This document shows positions 18,912-27,632 of a stretch of DNA of 64,000 nt, piece by piece (position 1 is the stretch's first letter; each line of letters opens with the position of its first letter). The notes below the pieces were generated by a model that did not search any database, was not told the origin of the DNA, and saw only the letters and a list, made by a program, of their open reading frames with translations. The position numbers and the translations under genes were made by a program. Where the stretch lies: positions 2,848,001 to 2,912,000 of the forward strand of contig OY970303.1 of NCBI GenBank assembly GCA_963716255.1, read 5' to 3'. This DNA comes from an uncultured Gemmatimonadales bacterium (lineage in GTDB: Bacteria > Gemmatimonadota > Gemmatimonadetes > Longimicrobiales > Longimicrobiaceae).

Positions 18912-20333
18912 ATGCCCCAACCCGCGTTCGCCCTGCGGCGATGGCTGCTCGCCGCCGCCTTCGCCTGCCCTTGCCTCGCCGAGCGTCCGGCGTCCGCGCA
19001 GCAGCTCCAAGTTGTCTGCACGGACTCCGTCGCCGCCTCCAAGACGGCGCGTGCGTGCAGCTACGAGGTCCCGCGCAACGACGCTCCCCAGCTCCAGCGA
19101 ATCGACATCCGCGTGGAGCTCTCGGTAGCTTCCGACAGCGTGACACCGGTTCCCGGCGCGACGGTCGTATTCCGAGCCACCAGCGGCACCCTGATCGCCG
19201 ATTCAGTTCGCACCGACAAGGAAGGTCACGCGTACACGTACTGGAGACAGTCGAGCGCGAACGAATCCGCGACGGTCAGCGTCGAGGCCACGCCCCCTGT
19301 TTCGGGATCACCCACCGCGGTGAAGATCGTCGCGGTCAAGGTTCCCAAGGCAGAACAACGGATCCTATGGGATGAGTGGCGCACGCGTGGTGCATGGTTC
19401 GAGAAGAACCCGCTCCCGGCACCGGTCTCAATGGTCGTTTACGACGTCAAGAAAGAGGGAGACCGGGAGGTCGCCCGCTTCCTCCGGGACGAGAGGCTGT
19501 GCGGCGCCCAACGTGCCGTCTTCTCCACCCAGAAGAACGCCGGAACGATCACGCCCGACACCGTGCCCGGCGTGATGCTCACGCTTGAAGACAGTGCGGC
19601 GGCGAGTACCATTGTGGTAGGCAACAACACGATCGTCCGTGAGGCCGTCAAAAAGAATGATCGTGTGTGCTTCATCCGGGCGCAGTGGCGCCTCGGTGAA
19701 GGCGTCGGCGTCCAGAGCGCCCGCGCGCAACTGCTCCCCACCAATGACGCGGAGCTTACGGGACCCACCGTCGTCGGCCTGACCGCCCGAGCACGCGCGT
19801 TGCCGCGGGTGATCGTCGGCCCTGTTTGGACCTACCGCAGTCACTACACCGCCCTCAAGCAGGGCGAGACGCGTACGATCACGGTGGAGCGCACCGACTC
19901 CGCCGGAGTCAAAGAGACCTACACGAGGACGGTGACCGACACGTCGGCCATCGAAGAGGTAGACGGTCAAGGAGCGGGTGCGCTCTTCGCCGGCGTCTCC
20001 TTTCCGCCGGTGCCGATGGCGACCGCGCTCACGATGACCCTCGGGGTCAACGCCGCTGACCCGCTCAACGACTGGTACGCGGGCATCTCCTTGCTGCGAC
20101 TGGGCGTCGCCACTATCGGCGATGGCCTCGCCAGCGAGGGCTTACCGATGGACGCATTCTTCCTTGTGCACTGGGGGCGCCCTGAGGTGCTGGTCAACGA
20201 GGCGGAATGCCGCGCCACCAACACCTCCTGCGAAACTGACAGGCGCTTGATGTGGCACGGGCTCGGGTTGATGGTCACCGTGGATGCGAGCACCGTGATC
20301 AGCGAGGTGATCAAGCGGATCGGCGGCGGCTGA
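18912..20333 (+). CDS. Secreted protein with Ig-like N-terminal domain
   Basis: Signal peptide; PVPGATVVF..SGTL..RTDKEGHA resembles Big_1. Confidence 0.65.
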   Translation: MPQPAFALRRWLLAAAFACPCLAERPASAQQLQVVCTDSVAASKTARACSYEVPRNDAPQLQRIDIRVELSVASDSVTPVPGATVVFRATSGTLIADSVRTDKEGHAYTYWRQSSANESATVSVEATPPVSGSPTAVKIVAVKVPKAEQRILWDEWRTRGAWFEKNPLPAPVSMVVYDVKKEGDREVARFLRDERLCGAQRAVFSTQKNAGTITPDTVPGVMLTLEDSAAASTIVVGNNTIVREAVKKNDRVCFIRAQWRLGEGVGVQSARAQLLPTNDAELTGPTVVGLTARARALPRVIVGPVWTYRSHYTALKQGETRTITVERTDSAGVKETYTRTVTDTSAIEEVDGQGAGALFAGVSFPPVPMATALTMTLGVNAADPLNDWYAGISLLRLGVATIGDGLASEGLPMDAFFLVHWGRPEVLVNEAECRATNTSCETDRRLMWHGLGLMVTVDASTVISEVIKRIGGG

Positions 20334-20605
20334 GTCCGCCCTCGACAGGAACGCGACCAGGGCGCGCGGCGGAGGCGTGTGCCTCCGCCGCGCCGCCCTG
20401 CTTCGTGGAGTCGAAGATGGACGCCCTCGGCGGCCGGGCGCGATCGCCCGATAGCTCCCATCCGGCGTCCGCTCCACCTCGCTCATCAGCAGCAGCGTTT
20501 CCAGATGGCGCTCGACCAGCTTGACGCGTGTACCGCTCCATTTCCTCGACACGCATTTGTACCTCATCGGCTTGACTACCCTCATCCACGCGTCCAATGC
20601 CCCGG

Positions 20606-20729
20606 CATAAACATCGCTTGCAGGTGACGCGGGACCGGTCATGCTCGCAGGATCTGTTGCATGTCTCTGCTGCGGTGCAGCTTGCAACCTGCGGCCCCGC
20701 CCCGCGCGCCTGAAGCTATTCCGTTCGCC
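20606..20729 (+). repeat. attC-like site
   Basis: CATAAAC...GTTCGCC; arms GCTT(G)CAGGTG(A)CGCGGG / CCCGCGCGCCTGAAGC. Confidence 0.65.
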
Positions 20730-20776
20730 GCATCGCTCCAGAAAAATATCACATGGACCCCTTTGGGATCTGCACG

Positions 20777-22150
20777 ATGAAACCTCTTCGACAGCCTCGC
20801 TTCGACGCGCTCGCAGGATATTCGCGGCTACCTCATGCAGTTGTTCTCTCGAAGGAACTGGAATGGTGGGCTACGGAAGACGAGTCCCTGCTCGCTACGA
20901 TCCTGATTGATGAGGATGATGAATTTTTCGCGATCGTACTTGCTCGCGATCTAGATCGACGTTACCGCTGCATTGAGGTCTTGGGGGCGTTTGAGCTAAT
21001 CTCTGCTGCGCGGGCCTCTCTCTCCGAAAGATTCAGAGAGCTTGTCGCGGCGGGTACCTTGATCGTTGAGCAGGGAGATGAAACGGGCGCACGAGCCGAC
21101 ATCTTCGAACCTGTGTATCCTCCCGAACAGCTCAGCCCCTCTTTTAACCTGGTAAACCTCGCGCCGGGCTACTCTTCTGCACGAGGCATTATTGCTGAGG
21201 CGATGCATCACTACACGGATGTTGACGGCAACTTTATAGAGCAATTTCAAACAACAGGGTTCGATTCTCGGCTTTGGGAGCTGTATCTCTTTGCGTTCCT
21301 AAATGAGGAGAACCTCCTCATTGACCGGACACACGCTGCACCTGACTTCGTAATCTCAGATGGCGTTCAGACTGTCGGAATTGAGGCGGTTACGGTCCAG
21401 CCGTCGCCGGCAGGGTTTCAGGACGACATCGACCCGATGACGCTGACACCGGAGCAAATCCGTGAACTGCAAAAAGACTTTCTGCCCATTAAGTTCGGGA
21501 GTCCGCTGTACTCCAAGCTGAAAAAGAAATACTGGGCTTTGCCACACATCGAGGGACAACCTCTAATTTTCGCGATCGCTGACTTTCATGCAAAGCAGTC
21601 GATGCTCTGGTCGTCAACTGCTCTCGGCGATTACCTCTATGGGTACCGGCAGGAATGGGGAATTGACCGTGAGGGCAAGCTTCACATCGCCCCAGTAAAG
21701 ATCGAAGGTCACGAATTCAAAGGAAAGTCGATTCCGTCTGGCTATTTCTTTACCGAGGGCGCGGAGCATGTGAGCGGCGTGTTGTTCTCGGCAACGGGAA
21801 CGATCTCAAAGTTTATCAGGATGGGGAAAGTGGCGGGATTCGGCAACCCTGAGGTACGAATCCTATTCCAGGGCACGTGCTACAAGGATGATCCGAACGC
21901 GGTCGAGCCAGAGGTGTTTTCGTTCGAGGTCGACGAGGAGTATGAAGAGACATGGGCCGAAGGCTTGTCCTTATTCCACAATCCGAGGGCCCTTCACCCT
22001 GTTTCGCCCCACATGTTCCCGAGCATCGCTCACCACTTCCTCTCCGACGATGGTAGGATCGTTAGCTACTTGCCGGAGTTTCATCCGTATAACGGGCTGA
22101 CCGTCATGCTTCAACCTGCCGAGGACGAAGATGCGTCTCGAGCGACTTAG
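20777..22150 (+). CDS. Hypothetical protein with PD-(D/E)XK-like motif
   Basis: FQTTGFDSRLWELYL and APDFVI..GIEAVT; start could be 20753. Confidence 0.65.
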   Translation: MKPLRQPRFDALAGYSRLPHAVVLSKELEWWATEDESLLATILIDEDDEFFAIVLARDLDRRYRCIEVLGAFELISAARASLSERFRELVAAGTLIVEQGDETGARADIFEPVYPPEQLSPSFNLVNLAPGYSSARGIIAEAMHHYTDVDGNFIEQFQTTGFDSRLWELYLFAFLNEENLLIDRTHAAPDFVISDGVQTVGIEAVTVQPSPAGFQDDIDPMTLTPEQIRELQKDFLPIKFGSPLYSKLKKKYWALPHIEGQPLIFAIADFHAKQSMLWSSTALGDYLYGYRQEWGIDREGKLHIAPVKIEGHEFKGKSIPSGYFFTEGAEHVSGVLFSATGTISKFIRMGKVAGFGNPEVRILFQGTCYKDDPNAVEPEVFSFEVDEEYEETWAEGLSLFHNPRALHPVSPHMFPSIAHHFLSDDGRIVSYLPEFHPYNGLTVMLQPAEDEDASRAT

Positions 22151-22205
22151 TATGACGCCTTCGGCTTTGTCTCGCCGAACATACGCTTCCAGAAAGGAGA
22201 TCGGC

Positions 22206-22613
22206 ATGTACGAGTTGTTCCGTAACGCCCTCGCGCTCCCAGCTGTGAACCATGTCCTCGCGTCCGCTCTCTTCGGCATCGCGTTCGCCGCTGACCGTGG
22301 CCTCACTGCTGACGGTAATCCAATCGCGCCAGGCAGCCTACTGTGGTTCGCCAGCATCCTGGTATGCTGCGGAGGTGCCTTCGCACTGCTCTTCTTGATT
22401 GCGATGTTTCTACCCGTAGAATGGGACGTCCACTTCGGCGCCGCAGCGCTTGTTTTCGGCGCGATAGGGCTCGCCAGCACCTTCAGCCTTCCGGGTACGG
22501 AGCTGGTCCAGAGTACGCTGACTATGCACCCGTTTTGGTTTGTCGGGGCCCTCGTGTGCGGTCGCTTCATGGTCGAACACTACCTCGCGATCCGCCGCTT
22601 AGGGGTGTTATAG
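22206..22613 (+). CDS. Membrane protein (about four TM helices)
   Basis: AAGGAG RBS; hydrophobic segments. Confidence 0.6.
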   Translation: MYELFRNALALPAVNHVLASALFGIAFAADRGLTADGNPIAPGSLLWFASILVCCGGAFALLFLIAMFLPVEWDVHFGAAALVFGAIGLASTFSLPGTELVQSTLTMHPFWFVGALVCGRFMVEHYLAIRRLGVL

Positions 22614-22691
22614 GACCGTCCGGTTCGGTTCCTCCACCTACGTTCCCCTCTTGCCCGTGCTTGCGGGTGACCGACTCCCGAAGGTTCTTGT

Positions 22692-23165
22692 ATGGCTGAC
22701 GACCACACTCGGTATCTCCACGAGCAGCTTACCACTGCGCAGAGCAAGTACGCCTACTTCCTGCTCGCGGCTGCAGCATCGGCAATCGCGCTGGCACTGA
22801 ACCGGACCGCAAGTGAACCCCTGGAATTCGTGCAGCTTCCGCTCGGAGCGGCAGTAGTCTGTTGGGGTCTGAGCTTCTACTTCGGATGCCGCTATCTGGC
22901 GTGGGTAGATGCAACCCTGCAAGCGAATACGGCGATCTCGATGGCGCAGAGTGGCACCCTTCCTGGTATCCCGGACCATCCACTCGCGCGGCAAGCAGCT
23001 GCGGAGGGTGCCCGAGAGGCGGCCGAGCAAAATTCCGAGCACGCTGGGAGGAATGCGCGGCGTCAGTTCCGCTTTCTCGTCGCGGGAGCGGTGTTCTACG
23101 TGGTGTGGCACGTGCTGGCCATGGCGGAGCGCACACCCGGTATCACCCTCAACCTTTTCCAGTAG
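22692..23165 (+). CDS. Membrane protein (three TM helices)
   Basis: YFLLAAAASAIALAL, GAAVVCWGLSFYFG, FLVAGAVFYVVW. Confidence 0.65.
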   Translation: MADDHTRYLHEQLTTAQSKYAYFLLAAAASAIALALNRTASEPLEFVQLPLGAAVVCWGLSFYFGCRYLAWVDATLQANTAISMAQSGTLPGIPDHPLARQAAAEGAREAAEQNSEHAGRNARRQFRFLVAGAVFYVVWHVLAMAERTPGITLNLFQ

Positions 23166-23166
23166 C

Positions 23167-23218
23167 ACTCCCGGACGGTGTCGCCTCCGCGCCAGGCGGG
23201 GCGACACCGCCCGGGAGT
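23167..23218 (+). terminator. GC-rich hairpin after the last island gene
   Basis: ACTCCCGG-CGGTGTCGCC / GGCGACACCG-CCGGGAGT; no clear U-tract. Confidence 0.5.
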
Positions 23219-23306
23219 ACCCGCCCGCCTCACACCCGAACAGGCTTTGTGCGTACCGTACACTTTGCCTATCCACCCCATCCTCCAGGTTCTGTCGGCC
23301 GATCAA

Positions 23307-24137
23307 TCACGCATACCGCGGAACCTCGTGACAAAACGGGGGCGGGGCGAAGAAGTAGGTGGAGTTGGACCCCATCTCGTGCAGGTCCACCGCCACGTGC
23401 GGCCACCAGCTGGTGAAGGTGCCCACCCGGCCGCGCGACTCGGGATGGGACAGGATGAACCAGTCGCGGTTCAGGTCGAACACGTAGTGGCTGGTGCGTC
23501 CGCCCGGCCAGCCGCCGCCGTGGACCATCGCCGCGGGCGAGGTGGGAACGCCCAGCGCGCCGCGCATGCGCATGACGTCCTGCACGTGCCGCTCGTGGCC
23601 GTCGGGGTTCTGCACCGGGTCGATGAGCACCACCGTGCTGTCCAGGATGGCGCGCGTCTGCGCGTCGCGGCCGGCGGCGAGCTGGTACAGCGTGGCGATG
23701 GCGGCCTCCGTCCCCGACGCCTCGTTGCCGTGCACCGTGTACCCCAGCCACACGATGGCCGGGACCCGCCCCAGCGCGGCCGCCAGCTCCCCTGCGGAGG
23801 CGCCGCCGGGATCCGCCAGGCGCGCCGCGTCGGCGCGGATGGCGTCCAGGCGGCGGGCGTTGGCCTCGCTGGCCACCGTGACCCGCAGCAGCTCGCGCCC
23901 CTCGAACGAGCGCGCCACCGTGTCCACCCGCACCCGCGGGCTGGCGGCGGCCACGCGCTCCACGTAGCGCACCAGCAGGTGGTGCGGCGTGAAGCGCTCG
24001 CCCACCTCGTAGCCCAGCACGCTGCGCGGCGTGGGAACGGCCGGGTCGTACTCGCCCCCGGTGGAAAAGGCGTGCTGCGCGGCGGCGGGAAGCGCGGTGC
24101 AGAGCAGGAGCGCGGACAGGAGGGCGGTTCGCTTCAC
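23307..24137 (-). pseudogene. M14 zinc carboxypeptidase, C-terminally truncated by the island
   Basis: Signal peptide, HGNE, NPDG, DLNRDW, DLHEMG; sequence switches to unrelated PFCHEVPRYA-stop after YFFAPP. Confidence 0.8.
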
Positions 24138-24192
24138 GGAGGTCTCCGGATGAGGGTGAGAACGCTCGGGGGACGACGACATCCCCGCCGTC

Positions 24193-24320
24193 GCGTGAGG
24201 GATTACGGCCCGAAGGGGAGAGACCCGGCGCGGTTTGCCGGGGCTCGACTCCGTTAGCCCGCGTCGTTTGCGGGCTTACGGAGCCGAAGCCCGACCCGAG
24301 CGCCAGCGAGGGGCACGCCC
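24193..24320 (+). repeat. Structured ~130-bp intergenic element, copy 1
   Basis: GCGTGAGGGAT...CTCCGT-stem-ACGGAGCCGAAGCCCGACC...CACGCCC. Confidence 0.9.
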
Positions 24321-24419
24321 AACGCCGCGGTTCAAAGCAGTTGCCGCCGCACCCGCCGCCCGCGAATATGCGACGCACCCGCCGCACCGACCAGGCACCG
24401 AAGAGCACCGGAGACCCCG

Positions 24420-25517
24420 ATGGACCCACGGGAGATCGAGATCGACCCCGACATCCGCAGGGCGTCCACCCTCCCCGCGGCCGTCTACCACGACCCGGCG
24501 CTCTACCGGATCCAGCGGGAGCGCGTGTTCGCCCGCAGCTGGCAGCTCGTCCCCGGGGCGGAGCGCGTCAAGGCCCCCGGCCACCTGCTCCCCTTCACCC
24601 TGCTGGAAGGCTGCCTGGACGAGCCGCTGGTGCTGGCCGCGGACGAGGAGGGCACGGCGCGCTGCCTTTCCAACGTGTGCACCCACCGCGGCACCCTGGT
24701 GGTGGAGGGCGAGGGCCACGCGCGCGGCCTGCGCTGCCGCTACCACGGCCGCCGCTTCGGCCTGGACGGCCGCTTCGTGTCGATGCCCGAGTTCGAGGGG
24801 GTGGAGGGCTTTCCCTCGCCCGCCGACGACCTGCCGCGGACGCCGCTGGAGCGCTGGGGCCCGCTGGCGTTCACGGGGCTGGACCCGGCCATGCCGTTCG
24901 AGGAGTGGATCGGCCCGGTGCGGGAGCGCGTGGGCTTTCTCCCGCTGGACCGCATGGCGTTCGACCCGCTGACCTCGCGCGACTACCTGGTGCGCGCCAA
25001 CTGGGCGCTGTACTGCGACAACTACCTGGAGGAGTTCCACATCCCCTACGTGCACGCGGGCCTGGCGGAGGCGCTGGACTACGGCTCGTACCGCACGGAA
25101 ACGTACGCCTGGTGCAGCCTGCAGCTGGGGACGGCGAAGTCCGCCGCGGAGTCGTTCCGCCTCCCCGCCGGGCACCCGGACGCGGGGACGCACGTGGCGG
25201 CGTACTACTTCTGGCTCTTTCCCAACATGATGCTGAACTTCTACCCCTGGGGGCTGTCGGTGAACGTGGTGCTCCCCCTGGGGCCGGACCGCACGCGCGT
25301 GTCCTTTCTGTCCTACGTCCTGGACCCGGCCCGGCGCGAGGAAGGGGCCGGGGGCGACCTGCACCGGGTGGAGATGGAGGACGAGGAGGTGGTGGAGGCC
25401 GTGCAGCGCGGCGTCCGCTCCCGCCTGTACCACCGCGGGCGCTACTCCCCGCGCCGCGAGACGGGGGTGCACCACTTCCACGGCCTGCTCGCCCGCTTCA
25501 TGCGCGGCGAGGGCTGA
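24420..25517 (+). CDS. Rieske ring-hydroxylating oxygenase alpha subunit (choline monooxygenase-like)
   Basis: CTHRG...CRYHG Rieske motif; NYLEEFHIPYVH mononuclear iron site. Confidence 0.9.
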   Translation: MDPREIEIDPDIRRASTLPAAVYHDPALYRIQRERVFARSWQLVPGAERVKAPGHLLPFTLLEGCLDEPLVLAADEEGTARCLSNVCTHRGTLVVEGEGHARGLRCRYHGRRFGLDGRFVSMPEFEGVEGFPSPADDLPRTPLERWGPLAFTGLDPAMPFEEWIGPVRERVGFLPLDRMAFDPLTSRDYLVRANWALYCDNYLEEFHIPYVHAGLAEALDYGSYRTETYAWCSLQLGTAKSAAESFRLPAGHPDAGTHVAAYYFWLFPNMMLNFYPWGLSVNVVLPLGPDRTRVSFLSYVLDPARREEGAGGDLHRVEMEDEEVVEAVQRGVRSRLYHRGRYSPRRETGVHHFHGLLARFMRGEG

Positions 25518-25574
25518 GGCCCCCCGGCCCCCGCAAGGGGGAGGGGAGAACGACACGACGGAGGGCAAGGGGTC

Positions 25575-25643
25575 GCAGCGTGGAGATTCCCCTCCACCGG
25601 AACGGGGGAGGGTGGCGAGCCTAAGCGAGCCGGGTGGGGGCCC
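25575..25643 (+). repeat. Second repeat family (CCCTCC..GGGGAGGG REP-like)
   Basis: Near-identical inverted copy at about 44677-44748. Confidence 0.75.
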
Positions 25644-25668
25644 TCAGCGGACGCCAGCGCGAAAACCC

Positions 25669-25797
25669 GCGTGAGGGATTTCGGCCCGAAGGGGCGAGAC
25701 CGCGCGGCTGTTTGCGCGGGCTCGACTCCGTAACGCACGGTTTTACCGTGCGTTACGGAGCCGAAGCCCGACCCCGGCGCCAGCCGGGGACACGCCC
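25669..25797 (+). repeat. Structured element, copy 2
   Basis: Same conserved blocks as copy 1. Confidence 0.9.
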
Positions 25798-25809
25798 GAA
25801 CCCTGCCGT

Positions 25810-27165
25810 TCAATCCGTTCCGCCCAGGCCCCGTCTCCCACGCAACGCGCGCCAGGCGTAGAACACGGGCACGCCCGCCGCCACCACCGCGAGTCCGAAG
25901 ACCGTGAGCCCGGTCTGCTCCACCAGCGAGTTCACGAGCAGCGCCACGGAGGCGAGCAGGAAGACGCCGGGCACCACCGGGTAGCCCAGCGTCCGGTACG
26001 GGCGCGGCAGGTCCGGCCGCCTGCGGCGCAGCACGAACACGCCGGCCACCGCCAGGGCGTAGAAGGGCCACACCCCCAGCACGAACGCCCCGGCCAGCTG
26101 CTCGAAGGTGCGCAGCGACACGTACGCGACGCCCAGCGCGCCGGTCACGGCGACGGCCACGTACGGCGTCCGGAAGCGCGGGTGCACCGCCGCCACGGGG
26201 CGGAAGAAGAGGCCGTCCTCCGCCATGGCGAAGAGGATGCGCGGGCCCGTCATGACGGCGCCGTTCAGCGCGCCGAAGGCGGACAGCATCACCAGCGCGG
26301 CCACCACGGCGGCGCCCGCTCCGCCCAGCACGGCGGTGGCGGCCTCGGAGGCCACCAGCGGCGAGGCGGCCACGCGCTCCAGGGGGAGCACGTACAGGTA
26401 CGCCGCGTTGGCGGCCAGGTACACGGCGACCACCACCAGCACCCCGCCCACCAGCGCCCGCGGGAGGACCCGGGCCGGGTCGCGGACCTCCCCCGCCATG
26501 GAGGTGGTGTCCGCCCACCCGTCGTACGCCCAGAGCACCGCCACCAGCGCCACCCCGAAGCCCCCCCACGAGCGCGGCGCCAGCCCCGGCGCCGCCCCCA
26601 GCGCCCCCGCCGAAGGGTCCCCCAGCACGAACAGGACGAGCGCCAGCCCGGCCAGCGCGAGGACCTTTGCCGCGGTGGTCCAGTCCTGCAGCGCGGCTCC
26701 CCAGCGCACGGAGCGCCAGCTGGCGGCGGAAAGCCCCACCACCGTCGCCGCGGCGAGCACCCGCACGCCCGCGCCGCCCAGCGGCGCGAAGGTGCCGGCG
26801 TACTCCGCGAAGATCATGGCCAGCGCGCCCAGCGAGGCGGGGCGGGTGACCAGCAGCTCCGTCCACCCGTACAGGAAGGCGGGGAGCGGGCCGTACGCCT
26901 CGCGCAGGAACACGTACAACCCGCCCGAGCGCGGAAAGAGCGTCGCGAGCTCGGCGAAGGTGAGCGCGCCGAACAGGGCCACCACGCCGCCGAGCACCCA
27001 CACCAGGGCGACGGCGCCGACGGAGCCCACCTCGGCGGCCACCCCGCCCGGGACGCGGAAGATGCCGCTCCCGATGGTGAGCCCCACCAGCAGCGCGGTG
27101 CCGCTCCAGGCGCCCAGGCTGCGGGGGAGCCGGTCCTCCGGGGCCGCCGCGGCGGTGCGCTCCAT
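25810..27165 (-). CDS. APC-family amino acid permease
   Basis: IGSGIFRVP, AELATLFPRSGG, WAYDGW, HPRFRTPY; about 12 TM helices. Confidence 0.92.
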   Translation of the reverse strand: MERTAAAAPEDRLPRSLGAWSGTALLVGLTIGSGIFRVPGGVAAEVGSVGAVALVWVLGGVVALFGALTFAELATLFPRSGGLYVFLREAYGPLPAFLYGWTELLVTRPASLGALAMIFAEYAGTFAPLGGAGVRVLAAATVVGLSAASWRSVRWGAALQDWTTAAKVLALAGLALVLFVLGDPSAGALGAAPGLAPRSWGGFGVALVAVLWAYDGWADTTSMAGEVRDPARVLPRALVGGVLVVVAVYLAANAAYLYVLPLERVAASPLVASEAATAVLGGAGAAVVAALVMLSAFGALNGAVMTGPRILFAMAEDGLFFRPVAAVHPRFRTPYVAVAVTGALGVAYVSLRTFEQLAGAFVLGVWPFYALAVAGVFVLRRRRPDLPRPYRTLGYPVVPGVFLLASVALLVNSLVEQTGLTVFGLAVVAAGVPVFYAWRALRGRRGLGGTD

Positions 27166-27632
27166 GGGGATCTCCGGCGGGAAGGGGAAGGCGGTGGGAA
27201 TCCGCCGGAATGTGCGCCTTCCCGGGGCGGCGGGGCAAGGGGACCGGGCGCGCCCGCGAACCGCCCCGGGGGCGGGCCACGAAGTCCCGGCGGGGGCGAG
27301 ACATACGACCTCCGCGGAGGGCGCGGGTGGTATGCTTCGTGCGTTTTGCCGCGGCCCGCGCGGGCCGCCGGAACGGGCCGCCGGGTTGGAAACCAGGACC
27401 CCGGGGTGTGAGATGATGGACCGTCAGCAGGGCCGCACCGACGACCGGAGCGCGGACGCCCGCCAGGCCCGGCCCGCGGAGAGCGGCTATGCCCGCCGCA
27501 TCGACTGCAGCGACTCGCCGCGCGCGCGGGAGCGGAGCGTGGGCGCGCGCGGACGGGGAGCGCCGGACGCCGAGTCGTACTCCGCCCGCCCGCGCCGCGC
27601 CGACCTGGACTGAACGCCTCGCCGGAGCGGAC

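Larger units (their letters stand above)
1..23337. mobile_element. Right part of an accessory/defence genomic island
   Basis: Visibly more AT-rich than the backbone; contains two recombinases, attC-like sites and many nucleases; ends where the M14 peptidase gene is cut. Confidence 0.75.

Noticed and set aside
20311..20600. Minus-strand ORFs (LVERHLETLLLMSEV..., MDEGSQ...)
   Set aside because: Possibly a gene remnant, but there is no clear start or supportable family assignment.
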